64,000 nucleotides of DNA from an uncultured Candidatus Binatia bacterium (GCA_965213675.1 OZ243916.1:3072001-3136000); one strand, 5' to 3'. Counted from the first letter of the stretch, positions 8,771 through 19,357 are shown. Translations and numbers: made by a program. Notes: generated by a model not told the origin, from the sequence alone.

Positions 8771-9364
8771 CTACGTCAGCGCGTCGGTGGAGTCCTTCCG
8801 CAGATACCGGTGCGCGGAGTTCCGCAGGCGCTTGAGGGCTTCGTCGATGGAGCGGAACAACTGCTCGTCGATCAATTCGCCGTGGATCCAGTAATCGAGG
8901 GAGGGCGCCTCGGTGAAGTTGATGTCCAGCAGCTTCTCGCCCGGGGGGTCGCCGGTGATGAGGAGGCGGACGGAGTAGCCGGCGTCGATGACGAGGGCAC
9001 GGGCGTAGCGCGGGATGCGCAGGGAGTCCTTGATGTGGTTCAGGCGCTTGGCGGGGAACTCGCCCACGCCCAGCGAGACGTAGACCCAGCGCTCCTCGCT
9101 GTTGTCCAGTTCCCGCAGGACCTGACCGTTGATGTGGACGATGTTGTGGAGGGCCTGTTCCTGCCGGTAGTCCTTCAGCAGCTCGAAGGCCCAACGCTCG
9201 ATCACGCCCTTGGGTTCGCGTTCGGTGGGTTCCTGTCCTCGCCTGACGCCGGTGTCGATCCACCACTTGGTTTCCTGGATGGCGGGATCAGGGCCGTTTG
9301 CCGCCGGCTCCACGGATTCCTCGGACGGAGGGGCGTTGTCGCCCGGTTTTTCGGGGTCGGCCAA
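8771..9364 (-). CDS. Hypothetical protein
   Basis: Coding-like codon usage; directly downstream of 9370-10362; start codon (TTG) uncertain; no family recognised. Confidence 0.65.
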   Translation of the reverse strand: MADPEKPGDNAPPSEESVEPAANGPDPAIQETKWWIDTGVRRGQEPTEREPKGVIERWAFELLKDYRQEQALHNIVHINGQVLRELDNSEERWVYVSLGVGEFPAKRLNHIKDSLRIPRYARALVIDAGYSVRLLITGDPPGEKLLDINFTEAPSLDYWIHGELIDEQLFRSIDEALKRLRNSAHRYLRKDSTDALT

Positions 9365-9369
9365 GGACG

Positions 9370-10362
9370 CTATACCTTGAACTCGTTCAGCGTGCTGGGC
9401 GCGAACAGGCTGTCCACTTCCAAACGCTGCTTGATGAGGCCCTGCTCGTGGGCATAACCCACCAGCGTCTCCAGGACGCGGCGGTTGGGCTCCAGACCGT
9501 AGGCCCAGGGGTCCGGCCCGAGAACCTCTCTCTCTTTCTCCATTTGTTCGACGGACCAGGCCATCATGTACTTGAGCGCCGAGTATTCGTACATGGCCTC
9601 GGCGCATAGCCGCTTGGATTCGCAGAAGGCCTTGTAGATGTTCTGGGCCACCCAGGGATGGCGTTCGTACACATCCTCCCGGAACACCAGGGTGTGCATG
9701 ATGGGGAAGATCCTTGTCTTGCGGAAGTAGGCTTCCTCCACCGCGCGGAAGTCCGGGAACAGGCGCGCCACTCCGGGGGAGCGGCGCACGAAGGGCGATG
9801 GCATGTGCGCCGAGATCAGCGCGTCGATCTCGCCTTTTTCGAGCATGGAAGAGAGCGTCTGCTCCGGGCCGATGGGGGTGATGGCGAGCGATTCGGGGAG
9901 GTCCGGACGCAGTTTCTCCTCCCGGCCGGGCGTCTCTTCCCCTCCCGTGAACCAGTGGACCTTCTCCAGCTCCACGCCGTACTCGTGCTGCAACAGGCCG
10001 CGTTGCCAGATGGCCGCGGTCATCTGGTACTCGGGGACGCCGATGCGCTTGCCCGTCAGGTCGGCGGGCTCCCGGATGCCGGCGCCGGTGTGGATGTAGA
10101 TGCCGGAGTGGCGGAAGGCGCGGGAGGGGAACACGGGAATCGCCACGAAGCGCGGCGTGCCCTTGTCCCTGGACATCAGGTACGAACCCATGGACATCTC
10201 CGCGGCGTCGAAGTCCTGGTAGCGCAGCATGCGCCAGAACGTCTCCTCCACGCGGAACGGCAGGTAGGTCAGATCGACCCCTTCCACGGGCACACGGCCC
10301 TCCTGCAAGGGGCGCGTGCGGTCATAGTCCCAGCAGGCAACGGTGATGCGGACTCTTGCCAT
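9370..10362 (-). CDS. 4,5-dihydroxyphthalate decarboxylase-like protein (PBP2/ABC solute-binding fold)
   Basis: ACWDYDRTRPL, EETFWRM, IPVFPSRAFRHS, GVPEYQMTAAIW, IFPIMH, DPWAYGLEPN motifs. Confidence 0.8.
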   Translation of the reverse strand: MARVRITVACWDYDRTRPLQEGRVPVEGVDLTYLPFRVEETFWRMLRYQDFDAAEMSMGSYLMSRDKGTPRFVAIPVFPSRAFRHSGIYIHTGAGIREPADLTGKRIGVPEYQMTAAIWQRGLLQHEYGVELEKVHWFTGGEETPGREEKLRPDLPESLAITPIGPEQTLSSMLEKGEIDALISAHMPSPFVRRSPGVARLFPDFRAVEEAYFRKTRIFPIMHTLVFREDVYERHPWVAQNIYKAFCESKRLCAEAMYEYSALKYMMAWSVEQMEKEREVLGPDPWAYGLEPNRRVLETLVGYAHEQGLIKQRLEVDSLFAPSTLNEFKV

Positions 10363-10587
10363 GACGTGTGCTCTCTTTCGGTGCGTTTCGGTGTGTCGGA
10401 GGGTTGCGCCGAACCTTCGGCTCCGGATCACCGGAGGTTCAGTCGCCAGACAACCTAACAGGAATGGCGCGGCAGTGTAAGCGAGCCCGAGCCCGGCCCG
10501 AGCGTGGTTTGACCGGGCGGGGGCTTTTGTGTATATAGGAACGGTCTGAAAAATCTCATTGATTTCTTTAGCTTATCCAAGGGAAAA

Positions 10588-10965
10588 ATGCTTTTCGAGT
10601 TCGCCAGCGTCCTTTGCTTCACGTTGTTGGGGGCGGCCTTTGTGTGGGTCAACCTGTTGATCGGCCGCCTGCTGCGGCCTTCCAATCCGCAGCTTCGCAA
10701 GCTCTCGACCTACGAGTGCGGCGAACCCGCGTCCGGCAGCGCCTGGGTCAACTTCAACGTCCGTTTCTACTTCATCGCCCTCATCTTCATCATCTTCGAG
10801 GTGGAGATCGCGTTCATCATCCCGGTGGCGGTGGTGTTCCGCGAATCGATCCAGGGCGACGCGGGGCTGTATGCCTTCGCGGCCATCGCCGTCTTCACCC
10901 TCATCGTGTTTCTGGGGCTCATCTACGACTGGTGCAAGGGCGATCTGGAGTGGGTCAAGAACTGA
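10588..10965 (+). CDS. nuoA: NADH-quinone oxidoreductase subunit A
   Basis: KLSTYECG, FNVRFYFIALIFIIFEVE, YDWCKGDLEW motifs. Confidence 0.95.
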   Translation: MLFEFASVLCFTLLGAAFVWVNLLIGRLLRPSNPQLRKLSTYECGEPASGSAWVNFNVRFYFIALIFIIFEVEIAFIIPVAVVFRESIQGDAGLYAFAAIAVFTLIVFLGLIYDWCKGDLEWVKN

Positions 10966-10988
10966 CCTCTGTCTACAGCGGCGACGAC

Positions 10989-11495
10989 ATGACGGCAAAA
11001 GAGATATACGAGCGTGTTCGGGAACTGTGCCCGGACGGCGTGGAAGGGTTCGACGAGGAGGTTCCGGAGCCGTTCTTCAAGGCCGGGCCGGCGCGCATCC
11101 AGGAGGTTTGCCGGGTTTTGCGCGACGACCAGGCGCTCAAGTTCCACGTGCTCTCGGATCTGACCGCCGTGGACCTGCCGAAAGAGAACCTCATCCAGGT
11201 GGTCTACCACCTGTATTCGTACGACTCCAGACAGCAGGTCGTGGTCAAGACCGACGTCGACCGGGACGCACCGCGCATCGCCACGGTGGAGGACATCTGG
11301 AAGGTCGCCAACTGGTTCGAGCGGGAGGTCTTCGACCTCTTCGGAGTCCTTTTCGAAGGGCACTCGGACCTGCGCCGGATCCTGCTGCCCGAGGACTGGG
11401 TGGGCTATCCCCTGCGCAAGGATTTCGTCGAGCAGGAAGAGTACGACGGCATCAGTACGGAGCGCGCGCCGCTGGTTCCGGAGAACCTGCGGTAG
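10989..11495 (+). CDS. nuoC: NADH-quinone oxidoreductase subunit C
   Basis: ANWFEREVFDLFGVLFEGHSDLRRILLPEDWVGYPLRKDF signature. Confidence 0.95.
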   Translation: MTAKEIYERVRELCPDGVEGFDEEVPEPFFKAGPARIQEVCRVLRDDQALKFHVLSDLTAVDLPKENLIQVVYHLYSYDSRQQVVVKTDVDRDAPRIATVEDIWKVANWFEREVFDLFGVLFEGHSDLRRILLPEDWVGYPLRKDFVEQEEYDGISTERAPLVPENLR

Positions 11496-11601
11496 GGATG
11501 GGGCTCGAAGCTCTCGCGTCCGGTGGCCGGATTGGATCGGACGCGGGTTGCGCGCCGTCCGTTCAGGCCGAAGTCGGGCCGATTGACGAAGGATCGATAC
11601 C

Positions 11602-12738
11602 ATGAGCGAGGTTTCCGGCGCTACGGGCCTGCATACCGAAGACATGACCCTGAACGTGGGGCCGCAACACCCGAGCACCCACGGGGTGCTTCGGTTCGTG
11701 GTCAAGACCGACGGCGAGGTCATCAACGAGGCCATCCCGGACGTCGGCTACCTGCACCGCTCCATCGAGAAGATCGGCGAGAAGTGTACGTGGCACGGCT
11801 ACGTTCCGTACACCGACCGGGCCGACTATCTCGCGGCCATGTTCGCCAACCAGGGTTTCTGCATGGCCGCGGAGCGGCTGGCCGGCGTCGAGGTGCCGCC
11901 GCGCGGCGAGTACTGCCGCGTCATCGCGTGCGAGCTCAACCGCGTGGCCAGCCACCTGATCGCGGTGGGCACGTTCGGCCAGGACATTGGCGCCATCACG
12001 CCGTTCCTGCACGCGCTGCGCGAGCGCGAGACCATCAACGACCTCATGGAAGAGATCTGCGGCGCGCGCCTCACCTACAACTACCTGCGCATCGGCGGCG
12101 TCGGCTACGACATCAAGCCCGAGACCTGTACCCGCATCGCCGCGTTCCTGGATCACTTCGAGCCCATCGTCGACGAGTACAACCGGCTCCTGTCCAACAA
12201 CAAGATATTCATCGAGCGGCTGGCCCACGTCGCGGTGATCTCCAAGGAGGACGCCCTTCAGTACAATCTGGTGGGACCGAACCTGCGGGCGTCCGGGGTG
12301 CAGTGGGACATCCGCCGGGACATTCCCTACTCGGTGTATCCCGAACTCGACTTCGAGGTGCCGGTGGGCCGGGGCGAGCGCGGCACCCAGGGCGATTCCT
12401 ACGACCGCTACCACGTGCGCATCCGGGAGTTGCTGGAAAGCTGCAAGATCCTGCGCCAGTGCCTGGACAAGATGCCCGAAGGCCCGGCCGTCGCCAAGGT
12501 CGCGCGCAAGTTCCGGCCTCCCGCGGGCGAGACCTACGTTCGCATCGAGGCGCCGCGCGGGGACATGGGCTACTACGTCGTGAGCGACGGCAGCGAATAT
12601 CCCTACCGGGTGCGCATCCGCACGGGCTCCTTCACCGCCATGAGCATCATCGACAAGATCAGTCCGGGCATCATGGTCGCCGATCTCATCGCGCTGATCG
12701 CCAGCCTGGACGTGGACGCTCCCGAGATCGACCGGTAA
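11602..12738 (+). CDS. nuoD: NADH-quinone oxidoreductase subunit D
   Basis: [29 protein letters not shown]-terminal EIDR; no Ni-binding CxxC. Confidence 0.96.
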   Translation: MSEVSGATGLHTEDMTLNVGPQHPSTHGVLRFVVKTDGEVINEAIPDVGYLHRSIEKIGEKCTWHGYVPYTDRADYLAAMFANQGFCMAAERLAGVEVPPRGEYCRVIACELNRVASHLIAVGTFGQDIGAITPFLHALRERETINDLMEEICGARLTYNYLRIGGVGYDIKPETCTRIAAFLDHFEPIVDEYNRLLSNNKIFIERLAHVAVISKEDALQYNLVGPNLRASGVQWDIRRDIPYSVYPELDFEVPVGRGERGTQGDSYDRYHVRIRELLESCKILRQCLDKMPEGPAVAKVARKFRPPAGETYVRIEAPRGDMGYYVVSDGSEYPYRVRIRTGSFTAMSIIDKISPGIMVADLIALIASLDVDAPEIDR

Positions 12739-12754
12739 CACCGAGGCCACAGAG

Positions 12755-13960
12755 ATGGAATCCACCGTTCAAGACCTGATTCAGGCATGGCTGCCGGGGG
12801 CCATCCCGGTCCCCGTGGGCTATGCTCTGGCGGCGATCCTGGTGGCCTTCGCCGTGCTGTCGCTCTTCGTGGCGCCGCTGGCCGGGGTGACGAGTTGGCT
12901 GGAACGGCGCGTGTGGGCGCGCATGCAGTCGCGGGTCGGTCCTAACCGGGTTGGGCCGCAGGGCATCCTCCAGTGGCTCGCCGACGGCGTCAAGAACATT
13001 CAGAAAGAGGACATCATCCCGGCGGCGGCTGACAGAAAGCTCTTCCTGCTGGCGCCATATATCGTCTTCTCCGGGTTTCTCGGCGCCTTCGTGGTGATCC
13101 CCTTCAGCAGTTGGCTGATCCCCGCGGACTTGAACATCGGCATTCTCTACCTGCTGGCCATCACCTCGCTGGTGGTGGTGGGCATCCTGATGGCGGGCTG
13201 GTCCTCCAACAACAAGTGGTCGCTCCTGGGGGGCATGCGCTCGGCCGCGCAGATCGTCAGCTACGAGATCCCGGCGGGGCTGGCGGTGCTGACGGTGATC
13301 TTCCTGTCCGGCACGCTCAGCATGCAGGGAATCATTCAGGAGCAGGGCTGGGCGCCGCTGGACTGGTTCATCTTCTACAACCCGTTCACCCTTGTGGCCT
13401 TTCTCATGTTCTTCATCTCGGCGCTGGCCGAGGGGAACCGCACCCCCTTCGACATTCCCGAGGCCGAATCGGAACTGGTGGCCGGATACGTCACCGAGTA
13501 CAGCGGCATGCGCTTCCTGTTCTTCTTCTTCGCGGAGTGGGGTAACCTGTACGTCATCGGCGCCATCGTCACGACCCTGTTCCTGGGCGGCTGGCAGATT
13601 CCCGCGACGCTTTTCGACGTGACCATGGCCGAGCATCCCGTGGCCAAGGGTGTGGCGGAGTTCACCGTGTTCTTCGTCAAGTCGTATCTGTGGGTCCTGG
13701 TGGCCATGTGGATACGCGGCACCTTGCCGCGGGTGCGGGTGGATCAACTCATGGCCATGTGCTGGAAGTACATGGTGCCCATCGCGTTCGTGTGCCTGTT
13801 CGGCACCATCTCGTTGCTGGTGATCTGGCCCGAGGGGAATCCCACGCTGAATACGGTGACACTGGGCTTCTCGTGCCTCGTCATCGTCTATTTCATGTGG
13901 CGAGTCGTCTATCAGATCATTCACGCGCGCCCCGAGCTTTACCTGAAGCCGTATGTCTAG
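12755..13960 (+). CDS. nuoH: NADH-quinone oxidoreductase subunit H
   Basis: ERRVWARMQSRVGPNRVGP, NRTPFDIPEAESELVAGY, TLPRVRVDQLM motifs. Confidence 0.96.
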   Translation: MESTVQDLIQAWLPGAIPVPVGYALAAILVAFAVLSLFVAPLAGVTSWLERRVWARMQSRVGPNRVGPQGILQWLADGVKNIQKEDIIPAAADRKLFLLAPYIVFSGFLGAFVVIPFSSWLIPADLNIGILYLLAITSLVVVGILMAGWSSNNKWSLLGGMRSAAQIVSYEIPAGLAVLTVIFLSGTLSMQGIIQEQGWAPLDWFIFYNPFTLVAFLMFFISALAEGNRTPFDIPEAESELVAGYVTEYSGMRFLFFFFAEWGNLYVIGAIVTTLFLGGWQIPATLFDVTMAEHPVAKGVAEFTVFFVKSYLWVLVAMWIRGTLPRVRVDQLMAMCWKYMVPIAFVCLFGTISLLVIWPEGNPTLNTVTLGFSCLVIVYFMWRVVYQIIHARPELYLKPYV

Positions 13961-14117
13961 TCGGGCGTTGGGAATACACGTTGACGAACCACGTTGACGC
14001 ACATGCGGGTACTTTTCGCCGTTGGCCGGGTTGCTGGGGCCCGCATGCTGCCCGTTATCGGGCCGTCCCAATGACCAAGACGCCCGCGCATCACTTGTTT
14101 CGCAAACGCAATACCAG
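13957..14117. mobile_element. Degenerate MITE-like element (family A) at the nuoH stop codon
   Basis: CTAG(stop)-tcgggcgttgggaatacACGTTGACGAA matches the left arm at 2010; right end ttcgcaaacgcaata-CCAG matches 2157-2174; core remnant gcgggtacttttcgccgttggc. Confidence 0.6.
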
Positions 14118-14141
14118 GGAGCGCCAACGCGGGGAGACGTC

Positions 14142-14681
14142 ATGAGCGCAGTCACCACATACTTCCAGAACATCAAGGAGACCGTGAACAGCATCTTCGA
14201 GGGCATGTCCATCACGTTCTCGCACTTCGTGCGCAAGCCTTCGACGGTGCAGTATCCGGACCGCCTCCTGCAGCAGGTGCAGGACACCCTGCCCTTGCGC
14301 TACCGCGGCATACTCGAGGTCGACATGGACATCTGCACCGGGTGCCTGGCGTGCGAGCGGGTGTGTCCGATCAACTGCATCGCCATCGGCATCGAGCGGA
14401 ACACGGAAACGAATCAGCGCGACTTCACGCAGTTTGACATCGACATATGCAAGTGCATGTATTGTGGGCTGTGCATGGAGGCCTGTCCCACGGGATCCAT
14501 TCGCCACACGCAAGAGTTCGAGGGCGCCTGCAACAATCCCGCCGGTCTGGTGCGCCATTTCGTGACCGAGACGGTGCCTCTGTACAAGCCGAAGAAGGGC
14601 GGCGAGACGGAAACCCGAATGGTTCAGAAGGTGGATATCGGAAAGAGGTACATGGGCGAGATCGCCGAACCGGAGAACTGA
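14142..14681 (+). CDS. nuoI: NADH-quinone oxidoreductase subunit I
   Basis: Two 4Fe-4S motifs (CTGCLACERVCP, CMYCGLCMEACP); TVQYP; RYRG. Confidence 0.95.
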   Translation: MSAVTTYFQNIKETVNSIFEGMSITFSHFVRKPSTVQYPDRLLQQVQDTLPLRYRGILEVDMDICTGCLACERVCPINCIAIGIERNTETNQRDFTQFDIDICKCMYCGLCMEACPTGSIRHTQEFEGACNNPAGLVRHFVTETVPLYKPKKGGETETRMVQKVDIGKRYMGEIAEPEN

Positions 14682-14835
14682 CGGGCCGGCGGTCGCTCTG
14701 GACACGACACCAGGCTTGATTGCCGGACAGCCCGCTGTTCCTGCCGCCTTGGTGCACACCCTGCCGGTCCGATTCGTTTGAGGAGGATCGGCCGACCTCC
14801 CATCAAGAGGCTGCCATCAAAAGGCTGGTTTGATC

Positions 14836-15342
14836 ATGGAGATTCCCATAAGCGTCCTCGTATTTTATCTGGTTGCCTTGGTGGTGGTGGGATCCGCGTG
14901 CATCGTGGCTTTCTCCCGCAACATCGTGCACTCGGCCTTCTCGTTGCTGGGCACCTTCGGCGGGGTGGCCGCACTCTACGTATTCCTGGGCGCGGATTTC
15001 GTGGCCGCGGTGCAGGTGTTGATCTACGTGGGCGGCATTCTGGTGCTGATCCTGTTCGCGGTGATGCTGACGCACCGGATCAGCGACATCGACATCACCA
15101 ACCGGACCGTGGGTCGCATCCCCGGACTGGTGGCGGGCGCGGTTTTCCTGGGCATCCTGGTCTACGCCATCGCCGGAACGGATTGGGTGAAGGTCGGAGA
15201 AGTGACCTTCGAGCCCACCACGAGTGTCATCGGCAACGCCTTCCTGGGCGAGTACCTGCTGCCGTTCCAGATCGCCGCGGTGGTGCTGCTGGTGGCCCTC
15301 ATCGGCGCCATCACGCTGTCGCGCAAGGAAATCAAGGAATAG
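14836..15342 (+). CDS. nuoJ: NADH-quinone oxidoreductase subunit J
   Basis: ADFVAAVQVLIYVGGILVLILFAVML and YLLPFQ motifs. Confidence 0.95.
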   Translation: MEIPISVLVFYLVALVVVGSACIVAFSRNIVHSAFSLLGTFGGVAALYVFLGADFVAAVQVLIYVGGILVLILFAVMLTHRISDIDITNRTVGRIPGLVAGAVFLGILVYAIAGTDWVKVGEVTFEPTTSVIGNAFLGEYLLPFQIAAVVLLVALIGAITLSRKEIKE

Positions 15343-15369
15343 AGTTTCCAAGGAACAGAGTTTCGCGAG

Positions 15370-15702
15370 ATGGCTGAATACGTTGCATTGCTGGCGGACG
15401 TCGGACTGAAGCACTACCTGGTGGTGGCGGGCATCCTGTTCGCTCTCGGCATCTACATCATTCTCACTCGGCGCAATGCCATCAGCATTCTGCTGGGTGT
15501 GGAACTCATCCTCAACTCCGCGGGCCTGAACTACGTGGCGTTCTCGCACTTCAGCACCGGGCAGGTGGACGGGCAGATCTACACGATCTTCATCATCATG
15601 CTGGCCGCTTCGGAAGCCGCCATCGGTCTGGCCATCGTTCTCGCCATCTACCAGCTCTTCAGCACCATCGACGTCGAGGCCACCGAGACACTCAAGGATT
15701 AG
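15370..15702 (+). CDS. nuoK: NADH-quinone oxidoreductase subunit K
   Basis: RRNAISILLGVELILNS and AASEAAIGLAI motifs. Confidence 0.95.
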   Translation: MAEYVALLADVGLKHYLVVAGILFALGIYIILTRRNAISILLGVELILNSAGLNYVAFSHFSTGQVDGQIYTIFIIMLAASEAAIGLAIVLAIYQLFSTIDVEATETLKD

Positions 15703-15754
15703 CCCGTGTCCTGTCCCATCGCCTCCGCCGTCGCGATCACGAGTTAGCCGCGCC

Positions 15755-17788
15755 ATGGATCAACCCGTTCAAACCGATTTTCTGCGCTGGATCGTGCTGT
15801 TTCCACTGCTCGGGGCCGCGGTGAACGGCCTGCTGGGCGCCCGCATTCAGGATCAATGGGGCAAGCGCGTGGTGGCGGTCATCGCGTGCGCTCCGGTGAC
15901 GCTGTCGTTCCTGTTCTCGCTGTGGGCGTTCGGCCGGCTGCTTGCGCTTCCGGCCAAGGAGCGTTTCCTCATCGACGCGTTCTACACCTGGATTCCCATG
16001 GGCTCGTTCAGCGTGGACGTGGCCTTCTGGGTGGACCCGCTTTCGGCCATCATGATCCTGGTGGTGAGCGGCATCGGCGGTCTGATCCACTTCTATTCCA
16101 TCGGCTACATGCACGAGGACCGCTCCCTGTGGCGCTACTTCGCCTATCTGAACCTGTTCACCTTCTCCATGCTGCTGCTGGTGACGGGCGACAACCTGCT
16201 GCTCATGTTCGTGGGCTGGGAGGGGGTCGGGCTGTGTTCCTGGGCGCTCATCGGCTTTTGGTACAACGACCACACCAACACCCGCGCCGGCAACAAGGCC
16301 TTCATCGTCAACCGGGTCGGCGATTTCGGCTTCGTCCTGGGCATCTTCCTGCTTTACTGGACCTTGGCCGGGCAGGGCCAGGGGACCCTGGCGTTCCGCG
16401 AGATCCAGGAGCACGTGGGCCTGCTGGCGGGCATGGAGCTCTGGGGCGTCGGCGTGGCGACGCTGGTGACCTTCCTGTTGTTCATCGGCGCCACCGGCAA
16501 GTCGGCGCAGATTCCGCTCTACGTGTGGTTGCCCGACGCCATGCAGGGCCCCACTCCGGTGAGCGCGCTGATCCACGCCGCCACCATGGTGACGGCCGGG
16601 GTCTACATGATCGCGCGCCTCAACGTGCTGTTCTCGGCAGCCCCGGCGACCCTGGCGCTCATCGCCGTCGTCGGCGCCGCCACCGCGCTGTTCGCCGCCA
16701 CCATCGCGGTGACCCAGAACGACATCAAGCGGGTGCTGGCCTACTCCACCATCAGCCAGCTCGGCTACATGTTCCTGGCCATGGGCGTGGCCGCCTACAC
16801 CGCCGGCGTCTTCCACCTGCTCACCCACGCGTTCTTCAAGGCGTGCCTGTTCCTGGGCTCCGGGAGCATCATTCACGCCATGCAGGGGGAGCAGGACATG
16901 CGGCAGATGGGCGGCCTGCGCACGGCCATGCCGGCAACCTTCTGGACCTTTACCATCGGCGTCCTGGCCATCGCCGGTACGCCCTTCCTTGCCGGCTTCT
17001 TCTCCAAGGACGCGATCCTGTGGCAGGCGTGGGCGAGCCACAACCAGGTACTGTGGGGCGTGGCCGTGTTCGTCGCGGGTCTCACCGCCTTCTACATGTT
17101 CCGCCAGTTCTTCATGGTGTTCTTCGGCGAATGCCGCGCCGACCACCACGTGCGGGATCACCTGCACGAGTCGCCCAGGATCATGACGTATCCGTTGTGG
17201 ATCCTCGCCGGCGGCTCGGTGGTGGTGGGTTATATCGGGCTGCCCCCCTTCATGGGGGTGAACCTGCTCGACGGCTGGCTCGACCCGGTAATCCATCTGC
17301 CGCACGGAGAACACCATTCCGTGGCGGAAGAGGTGGGCGTCATGGGCGTGTCCATCGCCGCGGCGGGCGCGGGCGTAGCCATTGCCTGGTTTCTGTATTA
17401 CCTGCGCACCCCATCCCGGGACGATTCCCCCGAAGCCAAGGGCGTCGCCTACCGCCTGCTGTACAACAAGTACTACGTGGACGAGGTCTATCAGTTCGTC
17501 TTCGTGGGCGGCACCCTGCTGCTGGCGCGGATCGGGGCGGCGTTCGACAGATACGTCATCGACACCATCGTGGACGGATCAGCCAAGGTCACCATCATCG
17601 TCTCCTGGTTCAACGGCCTGTTCGACAGATACGTCATCGACATGCTGGTCAACGCCGTGGCCAACGTGACCTTCGCAGTGGGCAACAACTTCCGCCGGGT
17701 TCAGACGGGGAACATCAACAGCTACCTCTACGTCGTGGTGGGAGCCGTGGTGGTCGCCCTGATCGTCAAGCTGCGCTACTGGAGCTGA
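15755..17788 (+). CDS. nuoL: NADH-quinone oxidoreductase subunit L
   Basis: GKSAQIPLYVWLPDAMQGPTPVSALIHAATMVTAG, DIKRVLAYSTISQLGY, HAFFKA motifs. Confidence 0.97.
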   Translation: MDQPVQTDFLRWIVLFPLLGAAVNGLLGARIQDQWGKRVVAVIACAPVTLSFLFSLWAFGRLLALPAKERFLIDAFYTWIPMGSFSVDVAFWVDPLSAIMILVVSGIGGLIHFYSIGYMHEDRSLWRYFAYLNLFTFSMLLLVTGDNLLLMFVGWEGVGLCSWALIGFWYNDHTNTRAGNKAFIVNRVGDFGFVLGIFLLYWTLAGQGQGTLAFREIQEHVGLLAGMELWGVGVATLVTFLLFIGATGKSAQIPLYVWLPDAMQGPTPVSALIHAATMVTAGVYMIARLNVLFSAAPATLALIAVVGAATALFAATIAVTQNDIKRVLAYSTISQLGYMFLAMGVAAYTAGVFHLLTHAFFKACLFLGSGSIIHAMQGEQDMRQMGGLRTAMPATFWTFTIGVLAIAGTPFLAGFFSKDAILWQAWASHNQVLWGVAVFVAGLTAFYMFRQFFMVFFGECRADHHVRDHLHESPRIMTYPLWILAGGSVVVGYIGLPPFMGVNLLDGWLDPVIHLPHGEHHSVAEEVGVMGVSIAAAGAGVAIAWFLYYLRTPSRDDSPEAKGVAYRLLYNKYYVDEVYQFVFVGGTLLLARIGAAFDRYVIDTIVDGSAKVTIIVSWFNGLFDRYVIDMLVNAVANVTFAVGNNFRRVQTGNINSYLYVVVGAVVVALIVKLRYWS

Positions 17789-17836
17789 GGGAAGCGCGGC
17801 GGCGCCCGGAGCTGATTCAGAAGGAGAGACGCGAAA

Positions 17837-19357
17837 ATGACCGAACACGTGCTGAGCTACATGGTCTTCTTCCCCTTGGCCGGGATGTTGATCGTGCTGT
17901 GCCTGCCCAGGGATCGCCACGATCTCATTCGCTGGGTTTCGGCCGCGGCCACGGTGCCGCCGCTCCTTCTGGGGATCTGGCTCTACGCCAACTTCGATAC
18001 CACCACCACCGACATGCAGTTCGTGGAGCGGGCCGAATGGATCCCGGCGTTCAACATCAATTACTACGTGGGCGTGGACGGCCTCAGCGTCTCCATGTTG
18101 CTGCTCACCGCGCTGCTGTCCTTTCTCTGCATCTTCGCGTCCTGGGGCATCGACAAGGGGGTCAAGGGTTACTTCGCGTTGTTCCTGCTGCTGGACACCG
18201 GCATGACCGGGGTGTTCGTGGCGCTGGATTTCGTGCTCTTCTACGTTTTCTGGGAAGTCATGCTGCTTCCCATGTACTTCCTCATCGGCATCTGGGGCGG
18301 CCCGCGCAAGGAGTACGCCGCCATCAAGTTCTTCCTCTACACGCTGCTGGGCAGCGTGCTCATGCTGGTGGCGATTCTGGCGCTGTACTTCTACTCCGAG
18401 CCCCACACCTTCGCCATGACCGAGCTCATGGACCGGAGCAGCCTCTACAGCACCGAGCCGCTGGCCATGTGGCCCTTCAACGTCTGGGGCTGGGGCTTCC
18501 AGCACGTGGTGTGGATGGGCTTGTTCATCGGCTTCGCCATCAAGATTCCGGCATTCCCGTTCCACACCTGGCTACCCGATGCCCACGTGGAGGCGCCCAC
18601 CGCCATCTCGGTGATCCTGGCGGGCATTCTCCTGAAGATGGGCACCTACGGCATCCTGCGCATCAACTACCCGATGCTGCCGGCGGCCACCGCCGACCTG
18701 GCGTTCTGGTTCCTCGCGGCGCTGGGCGCGTGGAACATCGTCTACGGCGGCCTCTGCGCCATGGCCCAGACCGACATGAAGAAGCTCGTGGCCTACTCCA
18801 GCGTCAGCCACATGGGCTACGTCATGCTCGGGATGGCGGCCTTCAACACCCAGGGCATCAACGGCGCGGTGCTGCAGATGTTCAACCATGGCACCATCAC
18901 CGCCATGCTCTTCCTTCTCGTGGGAGTCGTCTACGACCGCGCCCATCACCGGGACATCAACGGCTTCGGCGGGCTGGCCAGCATCATGCCGGTGTACGCC
19001 GGCTTCACCGCGCTGGCCTTCTTCGCCTCCATGGGGCTGCCGGGGCTTTCGGGCTTCGTTTCCGAAGTGCTGGTGCTGCTGGGGGCGTGGCCCAGGTACC
19101 ACGCGCTGACGATCATCGCGGCCCTGGGTATCGTGATTACGGCGGGATACATGCTGTGGATGATGCAGCGGGTCTATCTCGGTCCACTCAATGAGAAGTA
19201 CCGCTCGCTGCCCGAGATCAACGGGCGCGAGATCTTCACGCTGGTTCCGTTGGGCGTCATCGTGGTCATCGTAGGCGTGTACCCCCGAGTGGTGCTGGAC
19301 CTGCTCCAGGTCTCGCTCGACAACATCAACCAGATGGTGATCACGCACCTGTCGTAG
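17837..19357 (+). CDS. nuoM: NADH-quinone oxidoreductase subunit M
   Basis: FHTWLPDAHVEAPT and DMKKLVAYSSVSHMG motifs. Confidence 0.97.
   Translation: MTEHVLSYMVFFPLAGMLIVLCLPRDRHDLIRWVSAAATVPPLLLGIWLYANFDTTTTDMQFVERAEWIPAFNINYYVGVDGLSVSMLLLTALLSFLCIFASWGIDKGVKGYFALFLLLDTGMTGVFVALDFVLFYVFWEVMLLPMYFLIGIWGGPRKEYAAIKFFLYTLLGSVLMLVAILALYFYSEPHTFAMTELMDRSSLYSTEPLAMWPFNVWGWGFQHVVWMGLFIGFAIKIPAFPFHTWLPDAHVEAPTAISVILAGILLKMGTYGILRINYPMLPAATADLAFWFLAALGAWNIVYGGLCAMAQTDMKKLVAYSSVSHMGYVMLGMAAFNTQGINGAVLQMFNHGTITAMLFLLVGVVYDRAHHRDINGFGGLASIMPVYAGFTALAFFASMGLPGLSGFVSEVLVLLGAWPRYHALTIIAALGIVITAGYMLWMMQRVYLGPLNEKYRSLPEINGREIFTLVPLGVIVVIVGVYPRVVLDLLQVSLDNINQMVITHLS

Noticed and set aside
11602-12738. NuoD-like gene as the large subunit of a group 4 [NiFe]-hydrogenase, given the missing EFG
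   Set aside because: No N- or C-terminal CxxC nickel ligands; quinone-site His and Tyr motifs and nuoA are present
15856-19194. Very long alternative-frame and antisense ORFs (also 42760-45930, 52996-56751 and others)
   Set aside because: Shadow ORFs caused by high GC3; they overlap well-supported genes and carry no family motifs
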